This document shows positions 29,944-41,396 of a stretch of 64,000 nucleotides of DNA, in pieces (positions within the stretch are counted from its first letter, which is position 1; every line of letters begins with the position of its first letter). The stretch is from an uncultured bacterium. Lineage in GTDB: Bacteria; SAR324; NAC60-12. The stretch spans positions 14,988-78,987 of the forward strand of contig CAXGMD010000001.1 of assembly GCA_964010765.1 (NCBI GenBank). The letters run 5' to 3'. Under the pieces are notes generated by a model. That model saw nothing but the letters and a program-made list of their open reading frames with translations. It had not been told where the DNA came from and ran no database searches. The position numbers and the translations under genes are program-made.

Positions 29944-31716
29944 TTAAGCGGCTTTTGATGGAGTTTTTGATTTCTTCTTGGGCATGTACAGATCAGTGAT
30001 GGTTCCTTCAAAAGCTTCTGCAGCCATGGCAAATGTTTCTGAGAGCGTTGGATGTGGATGAATGGTTGATCCGATATCAGAAGCGTCACAGCCCATCTCG
30101 ATTGCCAAAGCACCTTCCGCAATTAAATCTCCAGCATTGGGCCCCACGATAGCGACTCCTAGAATTTGATCGGTATGCTCATCAAAAATGACTTTCGTCA
30201 TCCCTTCATCCCGCCCAAGGGCGAGAGATCGACCACTAGCAGCCCAGGGAAAAATTCCTTTGCCATAAGCAATCCCGTCAGACTTAGCTTGTTCTTCGGT
30301 TAATCCAACCCAAGCTACTTCAGGATCTGTGTAAGCCACTGAAGGAATCACACGCGCATCAAAATGAGATTTCATACCTGCGCAAACTTCGGCAGCCACT
30401 TTACCTTCGTGGGTCGCTTTGTGTGCGAGCATTGGTTGGCCAACAATATCGCCAATCGCAAAGATGTGAGGCACGTTAGTTTTCATTTGAGAATCTGTAG
30501 AAATGAATCCACGCTCATCAACAGCTACTCCCGCTTTGTCAGCACTGATTTTAAGGCCGTTCGGGACCCGACCAACAGAACTGAGAATTAAATCATAGAG
30601 CTGTGGCTCGGCAGGTGCCAATTTGCCTTCAAAAGTTACTAATAATCCTGCCTCAGATGCATCAACTTTGGTGACTCGGGTTTCCAACCAAATATTCTCA
30701 TAGCGTTTACTGATCCACTTTTCGTAGGGTCGCACAACGTCTCGGTCTGCTCCCATCATGAGTCCCTTCATCATCTCAACAACCGTTATTTCTGCACCCA
30801 ACGCATGATAGACTGTGGCCATCTCTAAACCAATGATACCTCCTCCGATTACGAGCATCTTTTTTGGTCGACTTCGTAATTCAAGGGCACCGGTTGAATC
30901 AACAATTCTTGGATCATCGGGCAAGAATGGTAAGGAGACCGGCACCGATCCAGTTGCTATGATGGCTTTTTCAAATTTGATCGTCTTGGAACCGCCATCT
31001 TCACTTGCAACGCGAATATGAAATGGATCTAAAAACTCTCCATATCCTTCAACGACTCTGACCTTCCGCTGCTTGGACATTCCAGTCAAACCACCAACAA
31101 GTTTCCCAACAATGCTATCCTTCCAGGAGCGTAGGGAGTCTATATCAATCTCAGGTGTTCCAAACTTGATCCCATGACTTGACATGGATTGGGCTTCCTC
31201 AATCACCTTTGCAGCATGAAGCAGTGCCTTTGAGGGAATGCAGCCTACGTTTAGACAAACTCCTCCAATTTTTCCTTTTTCAATCAAAATGGTGTCTAGT
31301 CCTAAGTCTGCTGCTCGGAAAGCTGCAGTGTACCCTCCAGGACCAGACCCCAAAACAACAACTTGTGCTTCAAGATCTGCTTTTCCTGAGTGAGTTGCTG
31401 CTTGAGGTGGTTCTTGCACAACGGAAGTAGTTTCCGGTGGTTTCTCAATAGTGTTCTTGCCCTCCGTTATAGATGCTGCTTCCATTTTGAGGATTGAGCT
31501 GCCCTCAGAAACCCGATCACCTACTTTCACCAGTAACTCTGAAACCACTCCTGCTTGAGGTGCGGGTACATCCATCGTGGCCTTGTCTGATTCAAGCATG
31601 ATCATACTAGTCTCGGCCTCAACAGAATCCCCAGGTTTCACGAGGATCTCAATAATTTCCACATCCTGAAAATCGCCGATATCTGGGACACGGACTTCAA
31701 TCACACTCATGGTCAA
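29944..31716 (-). CDS. lpdA: Dihydrolipoyl dehydrogenase with N-terminal lipoyl-binding domain
   Basis: N-terminal lipoyl domain with ESDKATM lipoyl-lysine motif; FAD motif GSGPGGY, redox disulfide [14 protein letters not shown]-terminal dimerisation domain. Confidence 0.93.
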   Translation of the reverse strand: MTMSVIEVRVPDIGDFQDVEIIEILVKPGDSVEAETSMIMLESDKATMDVPAPQAGVVSELLVKVGDRVSEGSSILKMEAASITEGKNTIEKPPETTSVVQEPPQAATHSGKADLEAQVVVLGSGPGGYTAAFRAADLGLDTILIEKGKIGGVCLNVGCIPSKALLHAAKVIEEAQSMSSHGIKFGTPEIDIDSLRSWKDSIVGKLVGGLTGMSKQRKVRVVEGYGEFLDPFHIRVASEDGGSKTIKFEKAIIATGSVPVSLPFLPDDPRIVDSTGALELRSRPKKMLVIGGGIIGLEMATVYHALGAEITVVEMMKGLMMGADRDVVRPYEKWISKRYENIWLETRVTKVDASEAGLLVTFEGKLAPAEPQLYDLILSSVGRVPNGLKISADKAGVAVDERGFISTDSQMKTNVPHIFAIGDIVGQPMLAHKATHEGKVAAEVCAGMKSHFDARVIPSVAYTDPEVAWVGLTEEQAKSDGIAYGKGIFPWAASGRSLALGRDEGMTKVIFDEHTDQILGVAIVGPNAGDLIAEGALAIEMGCDASDIGSTIHPHPTLSETFAMAAEAFEGTITDLYMPKKKSKTPSKAA

Positions 31717-31845
31717 GCTCCGAATGGGTGGAACAAACTAGCAAGTTCTGGTTTCCAAAAATTCTGCTATCGGGTATGACATAGCCTTCACGGAGAAGCA
31801 AGTGACACATCTCCAGCAACTTAGAACCCTAGAAAGTAAATCGCC

Positions 31846-33066
31846 ATGCTTAGAATCATAAGATCTTTCCCGCCTTTGGGTTGGGTTCTGATAATTATCG
31901 TATTATTGATTGGTTGTACTTCGAGCACCACAACGGAGAACCCTAGACCCGTTTCAATAGCGGAGATTAATGCATTGAAGCTCGAATCGAGTCCTGATCT
32001 TGAGGCTTTACAGCGAGCACTGGGGCATTCTATTGAATATTATGAGCGGTTACCGACAGATCAACGATTTCAATATGGAAGTTTTGGGTATTCACCTGAG
32101 GAGATGATTGCTTCTCATCAGCACTTTTTGAGGATTCTTGATTTGCCTGAGGTGGAAAGACTTGAAAAACTTCAGCAAGATTTTTTGTGGTTCGAAAGTC
32201 TGAATGAGAAGAATCAGGCTTTCTTTACTGGTTACTATGAACCTCTCTTGAAAGGTAGCTTGAATGAGTCAGAAAAATTTCCGGTCCCTTTATATGGAGT
32301 GCCTAGCGATCTGGTGACCGTCAATTTGAGAAACTTTAATGAGAAGTACGGTAATGGGATTTTACGTGGGAAAATCGTAGATCAAAAATTTGTCAAATAT
32401 GATGATCGTGATGAGATTTCCTATCAGAATTCCCTTCAAGGTCGTGCCACTCCATTAGCTTGGGTAAACAATGACATTGAGCTGTTTTTCTTACAAATTC
32501 AGGGTTCTGGTGTGATTGAGTTGCCGAACGAAGTTCTTTATCGAGTTAACTACGCTGATCAAAATGGTCATCCTTACCGGGCTATTGGTAAAATATTACT
32601 TGGGGAAATCCCTAGGGAAAAAATGTCTTTGAAAGCACTGAAAGAATACCTTTATGATCACCCAGAGCGAGTGCAGGAAATCCTAAACTACAATCCCAGC
32701 TATACTTTTTTTCGACATATTCCCGGAGACGGTCCCTTGGGAAATATTGAAGTACCACTAACACCTGAACGCTCCATCGCAATGGATCATCGACTTGTGC
32801 CAAAGGGAGGATTGGTCTTCTACGAAACAAATCTGCCCTCAGAGATCTCACCTTCAGAGGAAATACTACAAAGATTCGCAGTTGTTCAGGATACAGGGGG
32901 GGCAATCAGAGGCCATGGAAGGGCAGATATTTTCTGGGGGAGAGGAACCCCCGCTGAAAAGATAGCAGGACCAATGAAAGAAAATGGCAGGATTTTCCTG
33001 CTGGTAGCACGTAAGGAAGTGTTGAATGCAGAGAGCGGGATATCAACTACAGTGGCAAAGAAGTGA
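31846..33066 (+). CDS. mltA: Membrane-bound lytic murein transglycosylase A
   Basis: MltA and 3D-domain organisation, lipoprotein-like N-terminus (LLIGCTSS). Confidence 0.8.
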   Translation: MLRIIRSFPPLGWVLIIIVLLIGCTSSTTTENPRPVSIAEINALKLESSPDLEALQRALGHSIEYYERLPTDQRFQYGSFGYSPEEMIASHQHFLRILDLPEVERLEKLQQDFLWFESLNEKNQAFFTGYYEPLLKGSLNESEKFPVPLYGVPSDLVTVNLRNFNEKYGNGILRGKIVDQKFVKYDDRDEISYQNSLQGRATPLAWVNNDIELFFLQIQGSGVIELPNEVLYRVNYADQNGHPYRAIGKILLGEIPREKMSLKALKEYLYDHPERVQEILNYNPSYTFFRHIPGDGPLGNIEVPLTPERSIAMDHRLVPKGGLVFYETNLPSEISPSEEILQRFAVVQDTGGAIRGHGRADIFWGRGTPAEKIAGPMKENGRIFLLVARKEVLNAESGISTTVAKK

Positions 33067-33085
33067 TCGAATGAAAGGGGGAGTT

Positions 33086-33370
33086 ATGGTAACTCAATTT
33101 GAAATTGATGAGGGCATGTTAAATCATGCAGTTGAAAGCTTGCTTGGAAAAATCAGAACCAATCTAGATATCTCAATGCAAGTCTTGGAAGCAGTCCGCA
33201 ATGAGCAGAGTGTTCAATTGAGGAATACCATGCAGGAAAATCAGAATAAGTCTATGTCATCACTGTCCGCAACTGGTCAACCAAAGATGATTTGGACGGA
33301 ACTGATTCAACAATCTGGAGAAAAAATTTCAGAGCGTTTCTGGAATTTCAGCTTCACACTTATCTCATGA
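33086..33370 (+). CDS. small hypothetical protein
   Basis: ORF with AAGGGGGAG Shine-Dalgarno; a second ORF (33292-33498) overlaps its last 79 nt in another frame. Confidence 0.35.
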   Translation: MVTQFEIDEGMLNHAVESLLGKIRTNLDISMQVLEAVRNEQSVQLRNTMQENQNKSMSSLSATGQPKMIWTELIQQSGEKISERFWNFSFTLIS

Positions 33371-33506
33371 TGGAGTTGTCCTGGAGGCTACCAATGTTTT
33401 GCATGCTATCTCCAGAGGATTTTATTCGAGAAGTCCGCAAAATTCTTCCTTATGAGCAGGAGTTGGAAAAACGATTGGAAGGCGCCCCAAGGAGCTAACG
33501 AACAAC

Positions 33507-35018
33507 TCATTGATCATCGGTGAGTTGCCAGAGAGTCAGATTGCGGTCAGAGTGCCGCATTCGATGTTGGAGCAGAGTTGTGAGGTATTTGTTGCAGACA
33601 GAAAGGTAAGCAGGATTTTCAGCAAGATTGGTAGTTTCATGCGGATCATTTTTCAAATCGAACAGTAGCGGAGGATGCTTGGCAAAATGAACATATTTGA
33701 AATCATCATCTCTCCATAGACAAAGTTGTTGATTTTCGAACCGCCTATCCTCGTCTCGCTCTACATGCCTCTGGGGCAGTGAACGCCAATCAAATTCACA
33801 AAACACCCCTGTTTTCCAGTCCTCAAGTCTTTCAGCCTGCAAATTAGGTAGTAAACTTCTACCATCCATCGCCAATGGAATCTCCTGGTCTAACCAAGCC
33901 AAAATCGTTGGTGTGATGTCAACATGTTCACTGAAGGCCGAAATGGTGATGCCATGACTGGCTGGGATTTTGGGATTCCGTAGGATCAGTGGAATATGCC
34001 ATGATGAGTCGAAACAGCCTCCCTTTCCCCACAAATGATGGTCGCCTAACTGCTCTCCGTGATCACTTGTGAAAATGATCAAAGTATCGTCCCACTGTCC
34101 TGTTTCTTTCAATAAATCAAAAATCTTCCCAAGATTTTTATCAACCTCTGTGATCAACCCTAAGTAAACCGCTTTGGTACGGAGGATATCTTCATCACAA
34201 AGCCGAAGCATATTTGCCTGGCTCCCAAAGTAATCCACTGAATCAATTTTTTGCTGCCAAAGTTCTAACAAAGGATGCATTGCCGCATCGCCCAAAACTG
34301 AGTTGCCTCTCTGTGGAAGAGGTAACTCTCTCCAATCATAAAGACGATTATAGGGCGCAGGTGCAATCAAGGGAGGATGTGGTCTCAATAGGGACAGATG
34401 AATGAACCAATCCTCGTTCCGATGATTGCGGATCGTATGGCAGGCATGATGGGTAAGGTAAGCAGTATCAGAATGCTCTGCAGCATAAAATGCAGGTTCG
34501 TCACAGAATCGGCCTTCCGTAATTTTCTCTGGAGAATGATGAAAGACTGATTCTGATGGATCTGGTCTTTCGTAGCCCTGATCCTCAAGCCAATCTAGCC
34601 AGCCCTCCAAATACCCAAGGTTGAAATCAACAACCGATTTGAATCCGGGTAAAATACTTTCAAATGTGTCTAAACTAGGATCCTTGGCAGGGGCGCGTCT
34701 GGGATCCACCGAGGTGTCACTGTACCCGTAAAGTAAAGGCTCAATCCCAGCCTTGCGCACTTCCAAAGCGAGGTTGGTATGCCTGCGGTCAAGGGGAGTC
34801 CCATTGGTCACCGATCGGTGATTACAAGCATAGAGCCCAGTGTGTAGCGATGCTCTTGAAGGGCCACAAGGAATTGCGTTCGTGAAGTGTTTGAGAAAGA
34901 GAGAACTCTCTGCTGCGAGGCCATCCAGATTTGGAGTTGGTTTGAGGGGATGCCCTGTACATCCAAGATGGTCGAACCGGAACTGATCAGCTGTGATCAG
35001 CAGAACCTTACGAGGCAT
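33507..35018 (-). CDS. Sulfatase (formylglycine-dependent, arylsulfatase family)
   Basis: C-x-P-S-R active-site motif ([12 protein letters not shown]) and downstream GK..HL...W motifs of the alkaline-phosphatase/sulfatase fold. Confidence 0.85.
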   Translation of the reverse strand: MPRKVLLITADQFRFDHLGCTGHPLKPTPNLDGLAAESSLFLKHFTNAIPCGPSRASLHTGLYACNHRSVTNGTPLDRRHTNLALEVRKAGIEPLLYGYSDTSVDPRRAPAKDPSLDTFESILPGFKSVVDFNLGYLEGWLDWLEDQGYERPDPSESVFHHSPEKITEGRFCDEPAFYAAEHSDTAYLTHHACHTIRNHRNEDWFIHLSLLRPHPPLIAPAPYNRLYDWRELPLPQRGNSVLGDAAMHPLLELWQQKIDSVDYFGSQANMLRLCDEDILRTKAVYLGLITEVDKNLGKIFDLLKETGQWDDTLIIFTSDHGEQLGDHHLWGKGGCFDSSWHIPLILRNPKIPASHGITISAFSEHVDITPTILAWLDQEIPLAMDGRSLLPNLQAERLEDWKTGVFCEFDWRSLPQRHVERDEDRRFENQQLCLWRDDDFKYVHFAKHPPLLFDLKNDPHETTNLAENPAYLSVCNKYLTTLLQHRMRHSDRNLTLWQLTDDQ

Positions 35019-36687
35019 TGATTCCTCCCAAGTTATCGAGAGTTGGAATGGCAGAAATCAGGTTCCGTGTGTAGTCTTCTTTTGGTTCGAGAAAAATTTG
35101 CTCCACAGGGCCTTGCTCCACAATTTTGCCATGTTGCATGACGATCACTTGTTCGCAAAGGTTCGCGATTACACTGAGATCATGAGAGATGAAAAGAATT
35201 GTCAGGCCCAGTTCTTTCTGTAGTTCCTTCATGAGGTCAAGAATTTCAGCCTGGATTGATACGTCTAGTGCGGCAACAGCTTCATCTGCGACAATGAAGG
35301 AGGGACGACAAATCAGCGCTCTGGCAATAGAGATCCGTTGTCTTTGCCCGCCTGAGAAAGCGTGGGGGAAACGTCTGAGATGCTCCAGGTCCAGTCGGCA
35401 ACGTGTTGCAATTTCACGAACTCGCAAATCAGTTTCATTACGATTTTGTGTCAACTGCATGGCCTCCAAAGGTTCTGCGATAATATCTCTGACGGTCAAG
35501 CGTGGATTCAAAGAACCATACGGGTCTTGAAAAACCATTTGAGCATGTTGACGAAAAGCTTTTAGCGATGAGCCACTCAGGCCATTCAGATCAAATTTGT
35601 CATCCTTGAACTGATAAATGATACTTCCTGTTTGGAAAGGAATGGCCTTTAGCAGAGCTCTTCCCAAACTGGTTTTTCCAGATCCACTTTCTCCTACAAG
35701 ACCAATAATCTTTCCAGTTGGAATCTCAAAATTAGCTGCTGAAACAGCTGTAAAACTGCTCCGTTTTAGCAATCCAGCACTGCTTTCGTAAACAATATCC
35801 AGATCTTTTACCTTCACGAGAGAACTCGGAGGTTTCTGCACACTCGATTTCGTTGCTCCCTCACGTTTTAACTGTAGTTTTTTGAGACTAGGGACTGCTG
35901 CCAGCAAGCGCTTTGTGTATTTGTGAGATGGGGTCAGGAGTGTTTTTTGAACGGATCCTTCCTCTATAATCTGACCAGATTGCATGACACAAAGATCATC
36001 GGCCACTTTTCCAATGACACCCAGATCATGTGTGATGAAAAGCATTGCCATTCCGAACCGCTGCCTAAGTTCAAGCAATAGGTCGAGTACTTGAGCTTGG
36101 ATAGTTACATCAAGTGCCGTAGTGGGTTCATCAGCAATTAAAAGTCTGGGCTTGGTAGAGAGCGCTGTAGCAATCATAACCCGCTGGCGCATTCCTCCTG
36201 ACAATTCATGAACATACTGGCGCAATCGCCGCTCTGGTTCGGTTAATCCAACTTGCCCAAGCCAATGAATAGCTTCTTGCTCCGCCTCGTGTTTGCCGAA
36301 TCCAAGATGAAGTTGAATCGTTTCCACCATCTGCTTGCCAAGCGAAATTGCTGGAGCAAAACTGGCCATTGGCTCTTGGAAGATCATGGAGATGAGCCCA
36401 CCCCTGAGCTGTCTCAAGGCTTTGGGGGATCGCAACTGCAAAACCGGAACGCTCTGTCCGCTATTGTAGAGATTGATTTGTGAGGGTGAGCGATAGATTG
36501 CGTTGTTACTATTCAGCTGCATGAGGCTTTTGGCAGTAACGGATTTGCCAGAACCACTCTCTCCCACCAAGCCAAGTACCTGACCGGCTTCAATATGAAA
36601 GCTGACGTTCTTGACTGCTGTGAACCAGCCCTCTTCGGTCTTGAAGTCAACCTGCAAATGTTTCACATCAACAAGACGTTCGCTCAT
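35008..36687 (-). CDS. ABC transporter ATP-binding protein with two fused ATPase domains (Opp/Dpp D-F type)
   Basis: Two Walker A (GESGSGKS/T) and two LSGGQRQR / LSGGMRQR signature motifs. Confidence 0.9.
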   Translation of the reverse strand: MSERLVDVKHLQVDFKTEEGWFTAVKNVSFHIEAGQVLGLVGESGSGKSVTAKSLMQLNSNNAIYRSPSQINLYNSGQSVPVLQLRSPKALRQLRGGLISMIFQEPMASFAPAISLGKQMVETIQLHLGFGKHEAEQEAIHWLGQVGLTEPERRLRQYVHELSGGMRQRVMIATALSTKPRLLIADEPTTALDVTIQAQVLDLLLELRQRFGMAMLFITHDLGVIGKVADDLCVMQSGQIIEEGSVQKTLLTPSHKYTKRLLAAVPSLKKLQLKREGATKSSVQKPPSSLVKVKDLDIVYESSAGLLKRSSFTAVSAANFEIPTGKIIGLVGESGSGKTSLGRALLKAIPFQTGSIIYQFKDDKFDLNGLSGSSLKAFRQHAQMVFQDPYGSLNPRLTVRDIIAEPLEAMQLTQNRNETDLRVREIATRCRLDLEHLRRFPHAFSGGQRQRISIARALICRPSFIVADEAVAALDVSIQAEILDLMKELQKELGLTILFISHDLSVIANLCEQVIVMQHGKIVEQGPVEQIFLEPKEDYTRNLISAIPTLDNLGGINAS

Positions 36688-37814
36688 CGACCTTCCTCAG
36701 AGTAAGGATCAGCCGCATCACGAAGCCCATCTCCGACCAAGACAAAGGCAAGAATCATCAGCACAAAAAACACGACAGGTATGTAGTACCAGAGGAGGCT
36801 CTGTTGTACTTCGACGTCTTGTGCCTGGGAGAGCAATACACCAATGGAATTGACGGGTTCAGACAACCCCAAACCTAGAAAGCTCAGTGAAGTCTCTGCG
36901 AGAATGATATAAGGGACGTTGATGATAGTGTCGACGATGATATAGCTAAGGAAGCTAGGGATCAGATGCTTCCGAATGATTCGACTGGAACTAGAGCCTG
37001 AGAGTTTTGCTGCAAGAATATATTCCTGGTTGCGTTCTGCTAGCAGGTGAGTTCGTAGTCTTCGCGCTAAGGTGGGGAAATCGAATGCTCCAATAATAAA
37101 GGCAATCGCAAAATAACGAGTTTCAGAGCTCCACTCATCAGGCATCGCCACGGCCAAGGCCAAATAAATAGGGATGGAAGGAATGACTCGAACAGCTTCG
37201 GTAAAGGTTTGGAGTATGGCATCAATGCGGCCCCCAAAATACCCTGAGATCCCCCCAACCAGTAACGAGGTTGTGAGCTTGATAGTCAGTGCAAGGAAGC
37301 CAATGGAAAGCGAAACCCAGATTGCATGAAGAGTTCTGCCAAAAATGTCTTTACCAGCCTTCTCAGTCCCAAAGAGATGGATTTGACCAGTCTCAATGCC
37401 AAAGAGGTGAAGGTTTGAGGTTAGGGTAAACTCTGTGAATCCCAAATTCAGGCTAATCAGCTGGTATTCCCAACTCCTAGTGAACCAAGTCAGGTATCGC
37501 TTTTTCTCACAATTTTCTACCTGAACTCTTCGCAGGGTCTTTCGATCAAGTTGCTGTTCAAATGTGCACAGATAGGGTTTGGACCAACTACCATCCTGGT
37601 CCCGAAACTTTGGCATTTGCGGGGGTCCATTGATGTACTGTCGATTAGCACCTGCTGAATTTGGTTCATGAGGAGAAAGAAAAGAGGCAAAAAAGCCCGT
37701 TAGGATTAGTATAATCAGGAGAATTCCTGCTGCGCAGGAGACGGGCTTCCTGAAAAATCGAGCCCGAATCAGAGCAAATTGACCAGCAGTATAGTAACTC
37801 TCTGCTCGCATCAC
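36684..37814 (-). CDS. ABC transporter permease (OppC/DppC-like)
   Basis: BPD-transport permease with EAA-type loop, overlapping stop/start with neighbours. Confidence 0.85.
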   Translation of the reverse strand: MMRAESYYTAGQFALIRARFFRKPVSCAAGILLIILILTGFFASFLSPHEPNSAGANRQYINGPPQMPKFRDQDGSWSKPYLCTFEQQLDRKTLRRVQVENCEKKRYLTWFTRSWEYQLISLNLGFTEFTLTSNLHLFGIETGQIHLFGTEKAGKDIFGRTLHAIWVSLSIGFLALTIKLTTSLLVGGISGYFGGRIDAILQTFTEAVRVIPSIPIYLALAVAMPDEWSSETRYFAIAFIIGAFDFPTLARRLRTHLLAERNQEYILAAKLSGSSSSRIIRKHLIPSFLSYIIVDTIINVPYIILAETSLSFLGLGLSEPVNSIGVLLSQAQDVEVQQSLLWYYIPVVFFVLMILAFVLVGDGLRDAADPYSEEGR

Positions 37815-39040
37815 TCTTCCTTCAAAACACTACGTTGAATTCTTGGATCGAAGAGAGCTAGCAGAACATCACTCAAGAAATTGACCACGACAATTGTGAG
37901 TGTAATCAGAAAGAGAATAGATGAGGCTAATTCCTGGTCATTCGTGAAAGCCAGGGCCGTCAGCAACAGTTGTCCGGCATCTGTCAAAAGTATGATGGAA
38001 GCGACAATGGGTAGATCGTTGAAGATTCTGTTGAAGTCAAATCCAATGGAGTTGACCAAAGGGCCAATGGAGTGTCGAACTGGATAACGCATCCAAAGGC
38101 CTGCTCCAGCTTGGCCTCGCGCTCGTGCAGCTGTAACATAGAGCTTATTTGCCTCATCAATGGTTAAGGCACGAACGGTCTGTAATTGTAGAGCTGTTGC
38201 GGACCATCCCAAGGTGAACACTGGCAACCAAAAATGCCACAAAAAGTCTCCAAATTTGGCAGTATTGAAGCCATCGTCAAGCCACCAAGCTTGGTCTCTG
38301 AATTCTTCGGAGAAAAGACCGATTGGCGCATCAAGATCCAGTTGGATGTAGAAGACGATGATTCCTAGAGCTATCAAAAAATTGGGTAATGCCAAGCCAA
38401 GGTATGAAACAATGCGGAGCAGAGCCTCAAAAATCTTGGACATGACCAGTCCTAGACTTCTTCCGAATTTTTCACCTGCAGAACGGAGAGGATCATGATC
38501 GAAGAGAGGTTGAGTCATGATAACCGCAGATATCACTCCAAGAGGTATTGCTAGGGAATAAGCGAAAAGCAACCCGAGTGCACATACAGCCAAAGAAATT
38601 AGAAATCGATTCCCTAAAACCTGATGGACCGGAGCTCTTTTTTCACAGGAAAAACCAAGGTCTCCTTCCGTGACCAACCCATAAATCCATTTCCCCCAGC
38701 GTTCAGGTAACGATCCATCTAATCCTCTCAGCACTCTTTCGGCTTGGATGTCTGCATCAGTGATTACCACTCCTTGTGTATTTTTATAACCAATCATTCT
38801 TGTTGCGCAGTCCCCTGGGACAGCTTCCATGACAGCAAAAATGACAATTGAAACCAAAAGAAGGGTAAAAAGTGCGAGCAGAAATCTCTCAAACAGAAAC
38901 TGACCGATCAAGGAAAGCCGTGCCTGCCGAAAGAGAAATAGTCCAACCAAGAAGAGTGACCAGAAAAGCCAGGTCTCTGCTAGAAAACTCATGCTGACTT
39001 TATGGCCAAAGAGAAGAGATGTTTGGAGGCTGGTCTGCAC
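37811..39040 (-). CDS. ABC transporter permease (OppB/DppB-like)
   Basis: Polytopic permease with conserved C-terminal stretch; true start probably an internal Met near 38992. Confidence 0.8.
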   Translation of the reverse strand: MQTSLQTSLLFGHKVSMSFLAETWLFWSLFLVGLFLFRQARLSLIGQFLFERFLLALFTLLLVSIVIFAVMEAVPGDCATRMIGYKNTQGVVITDADIQAERVLRGLDGSLPERWGKWIYGLVTEGDLGFSCEKRAPVHQVLGNRFLISLAVCALGLLFAYSLAIPLGVISAVIMTQPLFDHDPLRSAGEKFGRSLGLVMSKIFEALLRIVSYLGLALPNFLIALGIIVFYIQLDLDAPIGLFSEEFRDQAWWLDDGFNTAKFGDFLWHFWLPVFTLGWSATALQLQTVRALTIDEANKLYVTAARARGQAGAGLWMRYPVRHSIGPLVNSIGFDFNRIFNDLPIVASIILLTDAGQLLLTALAFTNDQELASSILFLITLTIVVVNFLSDVLLALFDPRIQRSVLKEE

Positions 39041-39076
39041 TCATGAGAATGCAGACCTCGTAAGCTCAGGTGAAAA

Positions 39077-41116
39077 TCAGTTTAAACTCCATTGAGGAGC
39101 TAGGTAGGGGAAAGTTCTGTAATAAGAATAGGAAGAAGTAATCGGTACTTTGAAGTTCGAAAGGTTGTTAGAAAAGTAGATTGGAGCTACGGCTTTGACA
39201 GTACCAATGAAGAATAGATCGTCCACAGTACGCTGCGCAATCTTGCGTCCCAACTCATTTGAACGAGACGAACCAGCCGGAACAGTTGTAAATTCTCTGG
39301 CGAGTTTCTGCATTTCATAGACGGTTTGGGGAGGCTGTACGCCCTCGCTTCCACCGGTATTTAAATATTGATCCCAAAGCATTGCGTTTCGTAATCCAAA
39401 GTATCCGGAGTAAGGTGGAACTATTTCTTGAGTATCACCCAAAAACACAGCGAGGGGTTCACCTTTGTTCCATACATGAACATCCAGTTCGTTGGCAGAT
39501 TGAGATGCCCGGTACTCATCAGAAGTGACTTCTTTAATGGATGTAGTTACCCCCACATCAGACCAATTTTGTGCAATGATCTCAGTAACCTGAGCAGCAA
39601 CTCCCTGTGTAGCAAACTGAATGTTCAATCGGAGTTCCTGACCGTTCGGTAAGTCGCGATCCCCGTCACCATCTTGATCCTTTACGTTTGCTGCATCCAA
39701 CAGTTTTTTTGCTCCGTCCTGATCAAACGTAATATTGGCATTGCGTTGATCGCTCGTGACGAAGGCAGCTGTGTCAGCATCAAAAGCAGTGTATTGGAGA
39801 GGTGTCCCCAAACCAAAATAGGCAATCTCATTGATCTGGTCACGATTGATGGCATGACTCATCGCCTTGCGGAAATTCAAGTCATTGAAGACCGCGCGCT
39901 TTGACTCATCTTGCGTAGTAAGATTGAACGCGAAGACTGACATCCCAATGGTTGGTCGCAACTCAACCGAGTAATTCCCTTTCTCCGCATTTTGAAGCAG
40001 CACTGGACCGGAAGGCAGATTGACTGACTGAGCCTTGTAGCTCACTTCTCCAGCAACCATTTTTGCTGTCTGAACGTCTTCGTCTCCAATGTAGACTTCA
40101 TTGATTTCGTTGATGTACGGAAGCTGGTTCCCTTGGGAATCAACCATGAAGAAGTATGGGTTGGCAACAAGCCGACGCCCGTCAAGTGTATCCTCTACAA
40201 CAATGAATGATTCAAGAGTCGGAGCCACAGCTGTGAAGCCAGCTTCAACCAATTTGTTGGCTTTGGCCGCATCCTTCAGTATAGGCTGAGGGACGTCTTT
40301 CCAATCGGATTGGCCGTAGTAAAAATTGATTACTTCATAGCCATCTTTGAAACCCAATGACTGAGCCAACTGGTTTGCATCTTTGTTCATGGACGGATGG
40401 AACTTACCCAGCAGGTGAGCTGGTTGGAATGGCTGAGCAAAGTCCGTTGCGAATTGGGCGATCAAACCTGGCTTTGGTGCGTTGAGAGTAAAGCGAACTT
40501 TGGAAGCGCTGATTGCATCCACTTTCATCGGCTTGCCATCAGAAAGGAAGCGGTCTGCAGGAGATTCAATGATGTTTTTATCCATCACCATTCCATTGTA
40601 CCAGAATGCTACATCTTCGGCAGTAAATGGTTGACCATCTGACCATTTGTGGCCCTCACGAAGAGTGAAAGTTACTTCTGTAAAATCAGCATTCCAGTCC
40701 CAACTTTTCGCAACATTTGGAACGATTGTAGCGAGGTCATCGGAAAAGCGAACCAAATTCACATGTCGCACAGATAGTAGGTCAGAAGTTCCTGCTTCTG
40801 TGGCTTTTGAAATTCCACTAAAAACGCCACCATGTTTACCAATTTTTTGATAGGGCGTGATCACAAGCGGTTCGCTGGGAAGCCTCTGATCAACGCTAGG
40901 CAATCCTGGATTACCCGCAATTCGCTTATTCAGGGAAGCTGCATCAGGATTTCCTGAAAAATTCAGCTTACAGTTGTGCGCAGTTTCAAATTCCTGCAAA
41001 TCATATTGATTTGGATACTTACCTTTAGCTGCATCAGCTAAAACAGTCGGACAATTGGCAGAAGCGGTGGTTGCACAGGCCGCAACAGCCAGCCCAAGCA
41101 GGATGAATTTCTTCAT
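39077..41116 (-). CDS. ABC transporter periplasmic substrate-binding protein, family 5 (peptide/opine type)
   Basis: Signal peptide plus ~650-aa SBP_bac_5-like body; first gene of the SBP-permease-permease-ATPase operon. Confidence 0.85.
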   Translation of the reverse strand: MKKFILLGLAVAACATTASANCPTVLADAAKGKYPNQYDLQEFETAHNCKLNFSGNPDAASLNKRIAGNPGLPSVDQRLPSEPLVITPYQKIGKHGGVFSGISKATEAGTSDLLSVRHVNLVRFSDDLATIVPNVAKSWDWNADFTEVTFTLREGHKWSDGQPFTAEDVAFWYNGMVMDKNIIESPADRFLSDGKPMKVDAISASKVRFTLNAPKPGLIAQFATDFAQPFQPAHLLGKFHPSMNKDANQLAQSLGFKDGYEVINFYYGQSDWKDVPQPILKDAAKANKLVEAGFTAVAPTLESFIVVEDTLDGRRLVANPYFFMVDSQGNQLPYINEINEVYIGDEDVQTAKMVAGEVSYKAQSVNLPSGPVLLQNAEKGNYSVELRPTIGMSVFAFNLTTQDESKRAVFNDLNFRKAMSHAINRDQINEIAYFGLGTPLQYTAFDADTAAFVTSDQRNANITFDQDGAKKLLDAANVKDQDGDGDRDLPNGQELRLNIQFATQGVAAQVTEIIAQNWSDVGVTTSIKEVTSDEYRASQSANELDVHVWNKGEPLAVFLGDTQEIVPPYSGYFGLRNAMLWDQYLNTGGSEGVQPPQTVYEMQKLAREFTTVPAGSSRSNELGRKIAQRTVDDLFFIGTVKAVAPIYFSNNLSNFKVPITSSYSYYRTFPYLAPQWSLN

Positions 41117-41343
41117 TGGGTGACCTCTCGGAAGGTTAGTGTTGTTGGGGTGTAAGCCTGGCCTCGGAAATAAAGGGACATTCCAAGTGGCGAATTAGTT
41201 ACAGAGTATAATTCAGGAACAGTCAAGTATTGAGTGCAATTAAGTGTTCGACCTAATTCTACCTTAATATTTTCAAGAAAAAAATCAGCCGAAAACGACT
41301 TCTTAAAGTTTTTTTACAGTGATAAATGAAGTAAAATTTTGAG

Positions 41344-41377
41344 AAAAAAATTTTAACTGATTAGGTCAGTTTTTTTA
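41344..41377 (+). terminator. A-run / AACTGA-TTAGG-TCAGTT hairpin / T7-run, 20 nt upstream of the 41397 start codon (attenuator-like)
   Basis: Seen directly; the stem is short and AT-rich, so it could be coincidental in an AT-rich spacer. Confidence 0.25.
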
Positions 41378-41396
41378 CTCTCTTGGCCAAAGGCCG

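Noticed and set aside
41280-41396. his-operon style leader peptide or T-box upstream of the DAO/hisD genes
   Set aside because: No ORF with tandem His codons and no T-box specifier or antiterminator features; only a weak AT-rich hairpin
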